Assembly: GCA_964016885.1 (NCBI GenBank)
Contig: OZ024743.1
Location: 32,364,001 to 32,428,000 of the forward strand
Reading direction: 5' to 3'
DNA: 64,000 bases
Origin: Eledone cirrhosa
Lineage: Eukaryota
This document shows positions 1 through 14,182 of this stretch, piece after piece. The translations under genes were made by a program, and so were the position numbers. Every line of letters begins with the position of its first letter. Position 1 is the stretch's first letter. The notes beneath the pieces are model-generated. The model had not been told where the DNA came from. It saw nothing but the letters and a program-made list of their open reading frames with translations, and searched no databases.

Positions 1-3000
1 TTCTTTAAGATAGAATTGTAAAAAATATACTAAAAAAATATTTAGATTATAAGTTTGGTGTAATATGCTATAAAAATCCTGCCTTCTGCTATGTAATAAT
101 AGGTTACTGATATATAATTATATTTCTACAGTTGAAGAAAATATTATTTAAAAAAGATTGCAAAATTGCAATTGAAAACTAACATAAAAATAAAAATTTA
201 AATTTTTTGAAAAGTATTGTAATATTTTTTCAGAAAGGTGATCTAACCTAAGAAAAAAAAAAAGAATTATTTCCCTCTACAATAAAAAAAAAAAAATCAG
301 AAACTTTTCTTTATGCCCAGTAAAAAGATTTAAAACTAAATATTTAAATATTACTTTTATGATAATCTCAATCTATTTTACTTGCAACTTTTTAGCTGTT
401 TCTTTTGGGTTAGGGGTGGGTAGTTTTCAAATAATAAACATGCAGAAAGCATCAGTACTACCATACTATAACTATAACTACTACATACTACAATTACTAT
501 TTGGATGGTATTTGTTCTGGTTCTTTATGTTCAGTGTCAAATTCCTGCTGAGGTCAACTTTGCCTTTCATCCCCCAGAGGTTGATAAAATAAAGTACCAG
601 TCAAGCATTGGGTCAATTTAATCAACTTTCCCTTCACCTCCGAAAAAAAAAAAAAGCATTGCTTCCATTGTGCCAAAATTAGAAACTATATCATTATTAT
701 TAAGAGGAGGTGAATTGATAGAATAATTACAATACCAGTAGTCAGTTATGGCTTTTAACATTGAGTTAAGATCACACTGAGGTCAGCTTTCACTTTCATT
801 CTTTTAGGGTCAATGAAACAAAGTACCAGTCACTTACTGGAATCAATGTAATCAGCTTTCTACTACCATAAACTGTTGGATTTATACCCAGTAATGCACT
901 GGGTAATTGCTGGCCTTGTGCCTAAAGTAGAAACAATTATTGCATAAATGAATAAATAATAAAGAAATTATTATTTATTCATTTATTATTTATTGGTATT
1001 TTATTTTTGTACACCTTGTAAGGTGGGTGGCAACAGAAAGGGCACCCTGCTGGAGAAACTATACCTAAAAGTATTGAGAGGACACCTCAGTTGTGTCAAT
1101 TGCACAACCACCTTTCTAGTGTTGGTGATCTACATGATCAATACATGCTCTAAAGTGGTTGGAGATAGGAAGGGCATCCAGTTATAGAAAGCTTACCAAA
1201 TAAAAGGGTGGGAGGAACCTTCAATTGTATCAAGGACATGAGAACCAACCTAGTGTTGGTAATCTACACAATAAACACACCCAGTACACACTGTAAATTG
1301 GTTGATGATTGGAAAGGCATCCAGTTGTTTGGAAAGGCAACTTGCCAAACAAAGGGCTGGGAGGAACCTCACTAATTCTCATCCCATTAAAGAGATAATG
1401 TAAACAACAATTGCTTTTATTGCCTTTTATTCTCTACTTTAGGCACAAGGCCAGCAATTTGAAGGCAAAGGCAAAGTTGATTAAATCGACCCCAGTGCAT
1501 TTCTGGTGCTTTATTTTATCGACCCCATAAGGATGAAAGGCAAAGCTAACTTTGGTGGGATTTGAACTCAGAATGTAATGCTACAAAGGATAGTGTCTGA
1601 TGCTCTACCGATACTAATAATAATGATACTTAATGAATAAATAAACAAACGCAAGAGTATTTAAAGGATGAATACAAGGAAACATATTTAGCAATTATAA
1701 AATGTAAACACAGTCACATGCTACAGACAACCAATAATGAAATATATAAAAAATTAATTCTTCAGATTTTTGGAAGAAACATTTTTTTCTTCTTGTTTCA
1801 AACCAAGTAGTTAAATAAACTTCAATACATTTTGTCAAGGAATCTACAGAGAGAAAGGGAAGGGGAGACGAAAGTAGAGAGAAAAGGAGTAAGAGAGATG
1901 AATTGGAAAGGAAGGGAGCATCATTTAATGTTGAAAGGAAATAATTGTCGAGTAGCCAGAGAAAAATAACTGCGTTTAAAGTGTAGGTTAAATGTAGATG
2001 TATGAAGAAAACAAGTGTTTTGAAGAGGTAGAGGAAACATCAGCAATTTCCTGTTGTTTCTACAATAATATGTCAATCAGAACAATATCACCTTATCCTA
2101 TACTGGTGCAGACATAGCTGTGTGGTTAAGAAGTTTGCTTTGCAACTATGTAGTTTTAGGTTCTATCCCACTGCGTGGTACCTGAGACAAATGTCTTCTG
2201 CTATAACCTTTAGCCAGACATTGCCTTCTGGGTCAATTTTGCCAGTGGAAACTATAAAGAAGCATGTCGTATATACATGTGTATTTATGCATGTATGAGT
2301 GTGTGTATCTCTTCTCTTTGCATCCAACATTTCAAGCAAAAGTATTTAACACTCCACATAAAGATAGATGGTGCTAGTCAGTGGTTAGACATGTAATGAT
2401 TGGTAGCTTACACAACCTTTTTGATACCAAAAGCTCATCTCTTTCTATGATATCAAACTGCTTATTTTAAAGATTTTACATTATCATGATTTTATATAAG
2501 AACATTTATTTTCCAAACAACAGCTTAATGATGAAAATGCTAGTTATATTGCTAAATCCCTCCAATTAATTGATTATTTAAAAAAATAGAATTTGTATAA
2601 AGTAAATGTAAAACTGATGATGGTTCTAATAAGTGAAAGAATGAGAAAAGATGAATTTGCAAACTTGAGAGGACAAAACAGCTTACAATATGTTCTGACA
2701 CTCAGCCTTTTGAGTTCAAATCCCAGTAAGATCAACATTACCTTTCATCCTTATATGTTTGATAAAGTACCAGTGAAGTACTGGGGTTAATTTTGTTTTC
2801 TCTCCTCCAAAAACTGATGAAAGAAAGTACCTACCCAGGTTGATGGTTTGGTATTAGATAGATTGTGGTATTAGATAGTTTGTTCTTGGGGGATAGATTA
2901 TTAATCAGTAACCTCTTTAACACCATCTCTTTGATTGTATGCATTAATCAGAATTCATTCTATTGCCTAGATTTCAGGCCAGGTCTCTCATTTGAGGATA

Positions 3001-3115
3001 ACTTTCTCCCTTCCACCCATCTCAGGCATTGCACAAATTAAAGGGTCATTAGGGCTGCTGCTCTTCCCCAACTTTGTGATAAAAAAAGAAAGGGACAAAG
3101 TTATTTAAATCCATA

Positions 3116-3640
3116 GGGGCGATGGATTGGCAGTATCGGTAGAGGGTTGGACGCCATGCTTTGATGTATAGAGTTACGGCCCTTGCCATTCTGAGTTCAA
3201 ATCCCGCCGAGGTTAACTTTGCCATTCATCCTTATGGGGTCGATAAAATAAAGTACCAGTAATATCGTCATTTTACGTCCGCTTTTCCCTGCTTGCAAGG
3301 GTGAGACGGGACTGATTCTGGCTTGATTTCTACAGCTGGATGCCCTTCCTAACACCAACCTCATTTACAGTGAGTGCTGGGTGCTTTTTTGCCATGGCAC
3401 CTCCACGACCACTTTTGCAGTGGAATGATAGAGACCCCAGTCACTATCATCTCATTTCTACAGCTGAGTAAACTGGAGCAATGTGAAATAAAGTGTCTTG
3501 CTCAAGGAAACAACACATCACCCGGTCTGAGAATTGAACTCACAACCTTTCGATTGCAAGGCCAATGCTCTAACCACTAAGCCATGTGCCTAATACACTG
3601 GGTAATTGCTGGCCTTGTGCCAAAAGTAGAAACAATTATG
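3116..3640 (+). mobile_element. Abundant tRNA-derived SINE with TCATCCTT..GGGGTCGATAAAATAAAGTACCAG core (Meta/MESC-like); many other copies, e.g. 500-940, 1425-1615, 6475-6695, 22300-22870, 23390-23590, 40685-40872, 61880-61982, 62340-62650
   Basis: B box GAGTTCAAATCC, conserved core, and tail GCTGGCCTTGTGCCAAAAGTAGAAACAATTATT repeated throughout the window. Confidence 0.8.
3266..3590 (-). mobile_element. tRNA-derived CORE-type SINE with RTE-like tail, nested in another SINE (TSD TAATA)
   Basis: A box TGGCTTAGTGG, B box GAGTTCAATTC, CORE-like CCTTGAGCAAGACACTT, tail GGACGTAAAATGACGAT. Confidence 0.85.
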
Positions 3641-4568
3641 TTTATAACAATCCTATTCTTAGTCAAATTATAACTTTATCAAACCCACTATATTTTCCCT
3701 CCATTAGATAATTTATAAAAATAAACTTTATCTCAAGAAACACCCTTACATAAAATTTGCTTTTCTTTCTGGCTGTTTGCTTCAACAAATTATTTATGCA
3801 AAAAGCGTCATGTACATAGTATTTAACACTATCTGGAAAGAATATTAAATAAAGGTAAAATGGTAGCTAGAGTTGGAGTGTATACAACATTGTTTTATAC
3901 TTTTGGCTCAGAATGTGAATATTCCTTGCCAACTAGAGCAATGGACTAACAATGTTATTGATAAAACAGTCTTCTTTTCAGTACCAAAGGCTACAAGATA
4001 TTTACACACTAACATATAATTCTTAAAGTTGTGATCTAGATAAAAGTGATTTTATAATATATTCCAACCTCTTGAGAAAATTCAAAGAATAAAAAAATAA
4101 ATAGAAGGAGTAATAATTAGTTTGATATTGTTTCATTGTTTTAAATTTACTTTACTTCATTTCAATTTATAACTATTTCAATTTTGTATATTTTTGTATA
4201 CATAGATATACATATATTTTGTACATTTAGAAATACATGTATGTATATATATATATATAGATCTTCATTCCCCTTTTACATACTTTTTCCAAGCTGGCAT
4301 GGATTGGATGAAATGTAACATTCCTAATACGAAATGCTTTACAGAGAGTACTGGGTCCATTTATCATGGCAATAACATTGGACAGGCTGCTTTGTCCACT
4401 ACAAGGAGTGATGACTAAGAGTTAGAAGACGGAGTCTGATTGGGCATGTAAATGATGAAAGAGAGAAGGAATAGTAGGAGAAGGCGAGGGATACTGGTAA
4501 TTATATTCTGATTGCAGGTATGAGATTGAGTAGAAAACAGTATAAGCAATGTGATGGAATAGCTAGAG

Positions 4569-5230
4569 CAGTGGAACGCTTGGGTTCTGGAGAACCCAAG
4601 GGTTCCACAAAGGAGTATCTGGGGTTCTGTGAAAAAAGTAGTGTAATATATTTATATTACAACTATTTAACAGTACTAGCAGAAAAACCATTCTTTGGGT
4701 GGTTTTCTGCTAGTATGTGTAGTGTACATATTGATATTATACACAAGTATATTGCCTGTAGATATGTTACATAAAATAAAATCGTAATTGACAATATCCA
4801 CAGAAATTGAATGAAGACTGCGTTACACTGTCTTATGTAATCAGTAATGTAATCCATGATACATTAAAAAAAGATGATATTATATATAAACTGCATTAGG
4901 AGAAAATTAGTGACAGAAATATATGAATATTTATTTAAGCGATCGCTGACCGGAAGTGTTGACATTTGAACATTTTAGAGAAGTGAATCTTTAAATAAGC
5001 AATAAAATATATTTAATCAACAACTACGAAAGTTACTAGATAAATTATGTAACATTCTTTCATTATTTATTCAAAGTAATCAAACTTATTTTACAAACGG
5101 GGTAAAAGAATATATTCTGGATGCCGTTCCGCACTCCTTACTTTATTATAGTTAAGATTTGCCTTTGGGGTCCCCCAAAAGTTTCTGAACCATAAAGCAT
5201 TCCGCGTTTGAAAACGTTTGGGAAACCTTG
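4569..5230. mobile_element. Non-autonomous hAT-like DNA transposon; partial second copy 48228-48752
   Basis: Starts CAGTGG, ends GTTTGGGAAACCTTG. 8-bp TSD AGCTAGAG/AGTTAGAG. ~500 bp of internal similarity to the 48.2-48.7 kb copy. Confidence 0.7.
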
Positions 5231-5726
5231 AGTTAGAGGGATGTGTCACTGTAGGAGAGAGGTTTAATGACATGTCTGCTGCCTTGTGAAGGAAAGAGAA
5301 TGATAGATAGATGTAGAATGTGATAATATTGTGTATAGACATGAGCAATAGTTGTCAAAAGGAACTGCTACTCAATCTGTTTGATATAAGCAAATAGAAC
5401 AGGGTAGTAGAAGAGTGTAGTGAGAAGGATAGTTGATGGAGGCTTAACTGGAGTATTGTTAGCAAAAGACTTGTTGGCATCTTAAGAATCACTATTTCCT
5501 TTATTTTAATGATCATTTTGCTAAGCTTGCACTGGTAGGTAGGTCTTTTCCAGTGCAGTGTGTGGCCAATTATCAAGGTCCAGTGTCAACTCCTTTAGGT
5601 CAGTCTTCATGGTTTCTTCTCAGGTTCCAGTCACTACATGTGTACAACATTCTTTATACAATTTATATACATAGATAAACTTGTACATAAACACATATAT
5701 TTACACACATCCACTATGAAACATTT

Positions 5727-6103
5727 CATCATCATCATCATTTTACGTCCGCTTTTCCCTGCTTGCAAGGGTAGGACGGGAACTGATTCTGGCTTGATTT
5801 CTGCAGCTGGATGCCCTTCCTAACACCAACCTCATTTACAGTGAGTGCTGGGTGCTATTTTGCCGTGGCACCTACGCGTCCACTTTACTGTGTGGGCTGG
5901 ATGCTTTTTTGCCGTGGCACCTCCACGACCACTTTACAGTGGCATGATATGGACCCCAGTCCTATCATCTCATTTCTACAGGTGAGTAAACTGGAGCAAT
6001 GTGAAATAAAGTGTCTTGCTCAAGGAAACAACACATCACCTGGTCTGAGAATTGAACTCACAACCTTTCGATTGTAAGGCCAATGCTCTAACCACTTAGC
6101 CAT
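5727..6103 (-). mobile_element. Same CORE/RTE-tail SINE family
   Basis: High identity to 3266-3590, with one extra ~40-bp unit. Confidence 0.85.
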
Positions 6104-7639
6104 GAATATAAAACGATAAAAAAAGAGAGAAATGTGTTGGACTTCTACTACTTCCAGCAATGAGTGTTTCAGTCATTCAAACAATGAAACAGCCTGCTCA
6201 CGAATTTACCGTGTAGGTACGTTGAGCACTCCACAGACATATACATTTTTAATGTAGTTCTCAGGGTGATTCAGTGCCTTTGGAATTACAGGTACAACTC
6301 ATTTTTGCCAGCTGTGTAGATTAGAGCAACATAAATTAGAATATATTGCTCAAGGACACAACACACCATGGAGACGTGAACTCACAACCAAACACAGTTA
6401 CAACTAAGCTATGCAGCTCCACTGGAGAGAGAGATAATGGGTTGAGAAACATATCTCTCACTGTTATAACCTCTGATGGGTGGTGGATTGACAAAATTAT
6501 TAGAACATCAGACAAAATGCTTTGCAACATTTAGTCATGGCCCTTTATGTTGCAAGTTTAAATCTACTGAGGTGAATTTTGCTTTTCATCCTTCTGGAGT
6601 CAATAAAATAAAATACCAGTCACATACTGAGTAGATGTAATCATATTCGCCTCCCCCTACAAATTGTTGGCTTTGTGCCTAAATTAGAAATCATGTTATC
6701 CCTTCTGTAAACATTTAACTTTACAGATGAAATTGATTGGAAAAACAAGGTAATTTTATTTGACCATAATAAAAATATAAAGATCACCAAGTTTGGATGG
6801 GTGCCCAATATTATTAGTCCCTTATTTTCTCCAAACATCACTTCAGATACTGCCACCCTATCATTTTTCCAGTCTCATGAAAAAATAAATAATTAAAAAT
6901 AGATGAAATTCATTTCTCATACATGATAGATATTTCAGCTATTCCAATTTTAGAATATATTGCAATAAATAATGGTCAGGGAAATATATTTTCACAGATG
7001 TTCAATTTAGTGAGAAATTGAGACAAATTAATGGTGGAGAAATTTTTTTTATTTTTTTTTATTTTTAGCTAAGTGAAAAATATAATATAAATGTGACTGT
7101 AAAATCAAAATATTTGAATTGAATCAGTGAGAGGCATTTCCTTCCCTCTCTTTACATAAGGTGTCAAATTGGTAGAGTCATTAAAATGTAGAAGAGAATG
7201 ATTTGCAGAGTATGCTCCAGCTTTCAGCAGTCTGAGTACAAATCATGCTAAAGATTTACCTTTCATTCAGTCAGTGACTAAGGTAACAGTTTGGCATTGG
7301 GACTGATTTGTTCCCTCTCTCTCTGAAAGAAATCGGCTGTATTCAGACCTGAAGAGGAATGTCCATCAGATTTAAATGTCCCAAAATAGCACCTCTATGA
7401 CACAATCAAGAGTTTAGGGACATATATGGATATATATTTTTATTCTTCTTTGCTCATTTCTTCCAGAGAGGGTCATTGGAGCAAATTCCTTTCAGGGAGT
7501 CCTATCTGAAGTAACTGTCACCCAAGCAACACTCACTGAGGTTATGGATGATACCAACCATCCAGCATGTGGTCTACCCCTGGGTCACCTGCCTGTTAGC
7601 TTTGCCTATTAAATCTTTCCTATAACATATATAAAGACC

Positions 7640-8085
7640 CTATCCACACATAGAACAAACACAACAATCACACAAATTAAGAAGGCCACACATAATAGAA
7701 AGTAAACTCAGCCTCAACAGAAAGCATAAATCGAATAGCAACAACATGACGACTGAAAACAAAATAGGACACAAAAGAAAAATACATGGGAGAACACAGA
7801 GAAAGAGAGAGATATATCCATGCCCCACCCACCAGCACACACAAACACATATAGACAACAAACACACACAGAGACATAGACTCAAATGTATGTGTAGACC
7901 AGGAAACATACCACACAAAGACAAAATGGAATAAAGAAAGAAAACAAATAGTCATTGATGAAGTCACAGAATGTGTGACAAAAGAGCTTTGATTACATAA
8001 GATAATAAACAAATAATAAAACAGAAGTGAAAAATCAATTAGTGTAGGTGTTTTTATTGGTATTATGACTCTCCCTAAATATTAT
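7640..8085 (+). mobile_element. Degenerate solo 3' end/pseudo-LTR of a related PLE with decayed hammerhead (7950-7994)
   Basis: A/C-rich tract, then AGTCA TTGATGA A GTCACA gaatg TGTGAC AAAA GAGC TT TGATT. Downstream similarity to 59900-59965, ending in (TA)n. Confidence 0.75.
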
Positions 8086-8149
8086 ATATATATAAATACA
8101 TCTATAACAATGAAGTATAAAACTGGCCCTCAATGGCACTCTATCTTGA

Positions 8150-8775
8150 CAATCTATCCTTTATAGCTAAATCTACGGAAAAGTTAGAGGTGAAATTACA
8201 GGCATGGAAGAAAAATCTATTTTTGAAAAATAAACTTAGTGAAGTAGTAAAGAGGACAGGAACCTGATACTGTCAAAGAAGTGGCCTTGATTGATATTTG
8301 GAAAAGAGATGTAGTGGGATTACAGGCAGGTTTAAAGAAGATAAACTTTGTGTGCAATGGATACAGAGAAGAAGTAAACACCAAGAGCACATCTGAAATA
8401 GAATGCCTCACTTGCCCAAGAGGCTCCCTCGAATTTGCTGATTACCTAGTGGGAGAGGATGCTCTGAATGTGTAGTAGCCTGAGTAAGAATGGAATGGAA
8501 GAAGTTTACGGAACCTCTGCTGCTAATAAACGGCTTCTCCCTTAGAATGAAAGATAGCTTGCATGATACCTGTATGAAACATAGACCTTTACTGCAGATT
8601 ACCTGCAAACGTTAGAAATAAATGAATTGGACATACTCCAATGGATGTGTTATGGTATTGTGCATGAACAATCTAGTATAAGTGAGGTAAGAAAAAAAAA
8701 TCTGTATGAGGTGGATTTATTGTAGCGTGCAAGAGAGAAAAGTGCGATGTTATGGACCTGTGATACATATGGAAA
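8150..8775 (+). mobile_element. Old decayed RTE fragment
   Basis: Residual similarity to the RTE C-terminus (GWKKFTE..LL, GFSLRMK, RCYGPVI). Confidence 0.6.
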
Positions 8776-9291
8776 ACATCAAATCCACAACGAAACTGGA
8801 TTAAGTTTCAGTTCAGAGAACGTCAGCAATATGGTAATAAAAGGAGGTGAAAAAAATAAAATTTTCTTTAAAACTATTTTTGAAATAAAAAAATACATAA
8901 TTTACAATAAAAGATAAAGAAGCTAAAAACAATTTTAAAATATATTACGTAGTTCTGCCATATTGCAACAAGGTGGCAATATAGCTGGTTCTCAATCAAA
9001 ACAAAAACGATGCCATATGCATTTTAGCCTGTGCTGGTATTGAGCTCTTGCTTTGCCTTTCCCTGATACTTATGTGATTATTCCATTACTGTGTCTGTGT
9101 TAGCCACGGGTATTAATAAAGACAGCTCTAGTGATTCCAAGCATAATGTAGTTACGTTGGAAGACAAGTTAAATATGATTAAAAGGTTTTTAAAAAGGTA
9201 AAACGGCGTCGTGCACTTGGTGGTGAACTGCCCCAAATTTTCTTTCCATTTTTTTTTTTTTTTCATCTCTCTTTTTGCGTTTATATTTGTA

Positions 9292-9500
9292 CTAGACCAG
9301 TCGTGACCCATTGGTCACGTTCGCTTTAAAATATTTTTTTTAAACCATGTTCACTTAAAAATAATTAAAATATACACAGACATGTATAAAATGTAAAATG
9401 AAATTGGAAGGCCCAATATGGGGTTCAAAAGGTGGGCGAGGGGATGGATAACTTTGACGTTCTTTACAGACGATGAAAACATTTGTTGCTTCAAAGTAAG
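9292..9500 (-). mobile_element. Helitron-like 3' terminus
   Basis: Minus strand has hairpin CGTGACC-aatg-GGTCACG, 6 nt, then CTAG followed by T. Confidence 0.6.
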
Positions 9501-9504
9501 ATAT

Positions 9505-10675
9505 ATTGTAGTGGGATATAAAGAGGAAGAGAGAACTTGGTGGTCTAGTGAGGGACGGGGGAATTGTGAGAGAGAGTGAGGTATGTATTGGCATATAGAG
9601 AGCAGGAGAGAATTTGTTGGTTTAGTGAGAGAATGGGAGTTAAGAGAGTGAGGTATGTAGTGGAATATAAAGAGTGGGGGGGGGGAGAATTTGGTTGTCT
9701 AGTGAAAGAGTGAGTTATGTAGTGGAATATAGAGAGGGGGAGAGAATCTGGTGGTCTAGTGAGACGGAGAATTGTGAGAGGGTGTGAGGTATGTAATGAA
9801 ATATAGAGAGTGGTAAGAATTTGGTGGTCTAGTGAGAGAGAGGACGTATGTAGTGGAATATAGAGAGCGGGAGAGTATTTGTTGGTTTAGCGAGAAAGGG
9901 GGAATTAAGAGTGAAAGAGTGAGATATGTAGTGGAATATAGAGAGGGGGAGAGAATTTGGTTGTTTATTAAGAGAGGAAGAATTGTGAGAGAGAATGGGG
10001 GTATGTAGTGGGATATAGAGAGGGGGAGATAGATTAGTGGTCTAGTGAGAGAGGGCGAATTGAGAGTGAGGTATGTAGTAGGATAGAGAGAGGGGGATAG
10101 AGTTTGTTTGCTTAATGAGAGAGGACAAATTAAGAGAGTGGGAGTGACTGAGATATGTAGCGGCATAGAGTGAGGGGGTGAGAATTTGGTGGCCTAATGG
10201 GAGAGGGGAGTTGTGAGCGAGTGTGAGGTATGTAGTGGGTTATAGAGAGGGGTGAGAGTTTATTGGCCTAGTGAGAGGGAGGGAGTTAAAAGAGTGAAAG
10301 AGAGTGAGGTATGTAGTGCAATATATAGCGGGGTAAAGAATTTGGTGATCTAGTGAGAGAGTGAGGTATGTAGTGGGATATAGAGAGCGGGAGAGAATTT
10401 GTTGGTTTAGTGAGAGAGGAGTGAGCGAGAGTGAGTATTTAGTGGAATATATAGAGGGGAGGGATTTGGTAGTCTAGTGAGAGAGGGGGAATTGTAAGAG
10501 AGTGAGGTATATAGTAGTATAGAGTGAGGAGGAGATAGTTTTGTGGTTTAGTGAGAGGGGGAGAATTGTGAGAGAGAGTGAGGTATGTAGTCAGATATAC
10601 AGAGAGGGGGAGAATTCGGTGGATTAGTGAGAGAGAGAGAGTGAGGCATGTAGTGACATATAGAGAGGATGGGAA
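9505..10675. repeat. Degenerate purine-rich minisatellite, ~50-65-bp unit
   Basis: Recurrent GAGTGAGGTATGTAGTGG(A/G)ATATAGAGAG...GAGAATTTG..GGTCTAGTGAGA, roughly 20 copies. Confidence 0.9.
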
Positions 10676-10775
10676 AGGTAAATGGTTTTTATCCAAATTA
10701 TTGAGCCCTCTGCCACACATATCGGATATTGTTTATCGTTAATTCGTAAGCTGTTTTTCCGATTCTCGATTATTC

Positions 10776-10821
<46 letters not shown>

Positions 10822-10862
10822 TTATTTATATATGGGTGTGTGCGTGTGTGTTTTTGTATGTG

Positions 10863-10919
<57 letters not shown>

Positions 10920-10944
10920 TTATATATATATATATTTATGTGCG

Positions 10945-11200
10945 TGAAAGTGCCTGGTTAAGGTATTCGGCTCACAATCGTAAGTTCGATTCCCGGCGGT
11001 GCGTTGCGTCCTTGAGCAAGACACTTTATTTCATATTGCTCCAGTCCACTTAACTAACAAAAATGAGTTGTACCTGTAATTCAAAGGACCAGCCTTGTCA
11101 CACACTGTGTCACACTGAATCCCCCTGAGAACTACGTAAAGAGTACGCGTATCTGTGGAATGCTCAGCCACTTGCACGTTAATTTCATGGGTAGGCTGTT
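10945..11200 (+). mobile_element. Second tRNA-CORE SINE family (other copies about 6170-6400 -, 23735-23970 -, 44720-44850 -, 54030-54185 -)
   Basis: B box GTTCGATTCC, CORE GTCCTTGAGCAAGACACTT, shared body TGTACCTGTAATTCAAAGG...GTGGAATGCTCAGCCACTTGCA. Confidence 0.75.
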
Positions 11201-11239
11201 ATGTGGGTGTCTGTGACCTATATACACTCGTCACACACA

Positions 11240-11742
11240 TACATATTTATATATATATATACACACATTATATATATATACACACACACATTATATATAT
11301 ATATATGTATATATATATACACACACACACATTATATATATATACACACACATTATATATATATACACACACATTATATATATATATACACACACATTAT
11401 ATATATATACACACACATTATATATATATACACACACATTATATATATATACACACACATATATATATATACACACACATATATATATATACACACATAT
11501 ATATATATATACACACACATATATATATATATACACACATTATATATATATATACACACACATTATATATATATACACACACATTATATATATATATACA
11601 CACACATTATATATATATATATATACACACACATTATATATATATACACACACACACATTATATATATATACACACACACATTATATATATATATACATA
11701 CACACACACATTATATATATATATATACATACACACACACAT

Positions 11743-11774
<32 letters not shown>

Positions 11775-11822
11775 TTATATATATATATACATACACACAC
11801 ATTATATATATATACATACACA
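11240..11822. repeat. Compound (TA)n(CA)n microsatellite with ~21-bp higher-order unit
   Basis: Repeated ACACACACATTATATATATAT. Confidence 0.95.
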
Positions 11823-12594
11823 CGCACACTTAGAAACCTTTCCTATTTAGCAGGAAATATTCGCTACTCTCTTACAACCACTAGCTTTTTCTCTCTCCCT
11901 ATTTATGAAGATACCCGGAAAAATTCCGTATCTCAGGAACCCGTGCTTCGATTTACGCGAAACTTGTTTTATTCCATTTGTATTCCCATTTCAGGGGCAA
12001 CTTGCTTCCAAAGTATTTTCCCATTATGCACTGTTTTGGCTGTATTAAATTACAGACAGGCACACAATCACAAAGTTTTAGTAGTATATAGATATATTAT
12101 GTGTGTTTGTGCTTTTGTTCTGTAAGCATTATATTATATTTTGATACAACTAATCCCGCCAAGATTAACTTTGCCTGTCATCCTTACGGGGTCGATAAAA
12201 TAAAGTACCAGTAATGTACTGGATAATTGCTGGCCTTGTGCCAAAAGTAGAAACAATTATATTTTTATATAACTCTGATTGAAATATAGATTCTGAATAA
12301 AAAGAAATATAAATAACTTTATATAGAACGAGTTTCTAGCAGTTTAGTATCGACTGGGTTAATATAATATATACAAATGTAGAATATAAAGTCATACCTT
12401 GCTCTATGTTATTAATTGGTTCCAAAAGTCGTTTTTTTTTATGTAAACCGTGTGTAATGCCTTAAAATGAGTACAAACACCGTAAAACTCGCATAAATAA
12501 TTCGTGAAAGAATATAACTACCGCTAATCTTAAGGAAAGCTAAAAATTGAGCAAAATTATTTACCTAGTGATTTGTTCTTAAGTATGAAAACAA

Positions 12595-12830
12595 ACACTC
12601 TCTGGAACTGAGCCGCTGACAGCGAAGTTCTTGTCAACGCTGGCGGTTCGCCTTACTGGGGTGTCACAAGATGATGACCATTTGGCTGCCTGGCTATTTC
12701 AGCGCCTTAGCCTCGCCATCACCCGGGTGGGATATGACAGTATATTATGTACTTGTATATATTATATTAATCCTTTCTATGCCAAGCTGCCTGAAACTCG
12801 TTCTATATAAAGTTATTTATATATAATATA
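12595..12830 (+). mobile_element. 3' fragment of a CRE-like (restriction-like endonuclease) non-LTR retrotransposon
   Basis: Frame from 12595 reads TLSGTEPLTAKFLSTLAVRLTGVSQDDDHLAAWLFQRLSLAITR, resembling the CRE C-terminal LFQRLSxAIxRGN motif. Confidence 0.6.
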
Positions 12831-13490
12831 GATTATGTGCAATGTTTTTTCCTGAAACTCGTTTTATATAAAGTTATTTATATATAAAATAAATTATACG
12901 CCTTAGAAATATGTTAACGAAAAGGTTAAAGCTTTTTAAAAAATTTCTCTTTATAAACAATATAAATGATTCTTTAGTTACTTTCAAGGTATACTTCAAT
13001 GACTTTGATATATAATTTTACTCTTGACAAATGATGAACTTTGATACCATTACCTTTGTATTTGTTTCTTACCATGACGTAAGCTCATCTTAAGCCGTAG
13101 TCAGTAAAATTTCCAAGTGTTGTTTGATGTTTGCATTCACTCCCGATAGATTTTACACATTTTACGACAGGATATCGAATATTGTGTGTCTTTGAGCCTT
13201 AAGGTATTGCAGTATGTAGCACTATACAATGGTGCCCAGTTCAGTGACTGAATGACGTAGGGTTTTTGATTTTGCTTTTTTTTTTTTGTTACTATTGTTA
13301 CTACTTTTATAACTGGGAACCTGAGTTGCTCTAGTGTGATGTTTCATTAGTTTATTTATATAACACATATAATACATTTATTGTACATACCATAAGTAAA
13401 TTAACGATTTATACAGTAATCTTTTGGGATATTTGTCGTTACTTTAAATTTAGTTCCTTGTTATTTACTTAGCGCTTATACTTCAACACA

Positions 13491-13747
13491 GGACTGAGTG
13501 GCGAGCCCTTACCAGACGCGCCAAGGACTCTTCTGAAGAGAAGAGACGGGCAGAGTTCACTGAGGTCCGTGAAAGGAGGAGAAAGGCATCAACAGCTGCC
13601 CCAAGCGACTCCGGTCTCCTCCCCTGCCCCCACTGTCCCCGGACCTGCAAGTCAAGGATCGGCCTCCACAGCCACCTTCGTGCCCACGGTAGACGGGAAC
13701 TAAATTAAAGAAGATGTTATCATCGTTCACGATGAACAACCAAGAAG
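13491..13747 (+). mobile_element. 3' fragment of an RTE with C-terminal C2H2 finger and 13-bp TSD
   Basis: Translates EWRALTRR...CPHCPRTCKSRIGLHSHLRAH. TSD ATACTTCAACACA at 13478-13490 and 13748-13760. Confidence 0.85.
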
Positions 13748-14182
13748 ATACTTCAACACAAAGAACATTATTTTATGTAAAACATTCCTGGTGTTTCCCA
13801 AGTAATTGTCCCCCAGTATTCTCTTTGTTAAATGTCCTCCAGTGTTCTCCCTGTTAAATGACCTTCAGGATTCTCTATGTTAAACATCCACCAGTTATAG
13901 TTGTTGTTCTATGTACTTTGAATGGTCTTTATTATCCTGGGCTCATGTGGTTAATTGAAGAAATTACCGTAAATACTTGCGTCAAAATCAATCTCAAGAA
14001 AAATGTTGCCAATCCCTATTTATTTTTATTTTAGTATGTATCTTGTGTAAAAGTCAATCCTAGTAATTTGTGAACAACAGATCAACACATGTGAATCAAG
14101 GTATTATCTTGATCATAAATATTACAATGAGAAAATTAATTTTTTTATGCAATTACATTTTGATATATGCACCAATACCCAC

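Noticed and set aside
3520-3590. tRNA gene
   Set aside because: tRNA-like SINE head with A/B boxes continuing into CORE; no complete acceptor stem.
11155-11850. 231-aa and 210-aa His/Tyr/Ile/Thr-rich ORFs
   Set aside because: Translation of a compound microsatellite; the same applies to ORFs at 17466-17723 and 25748-26486.
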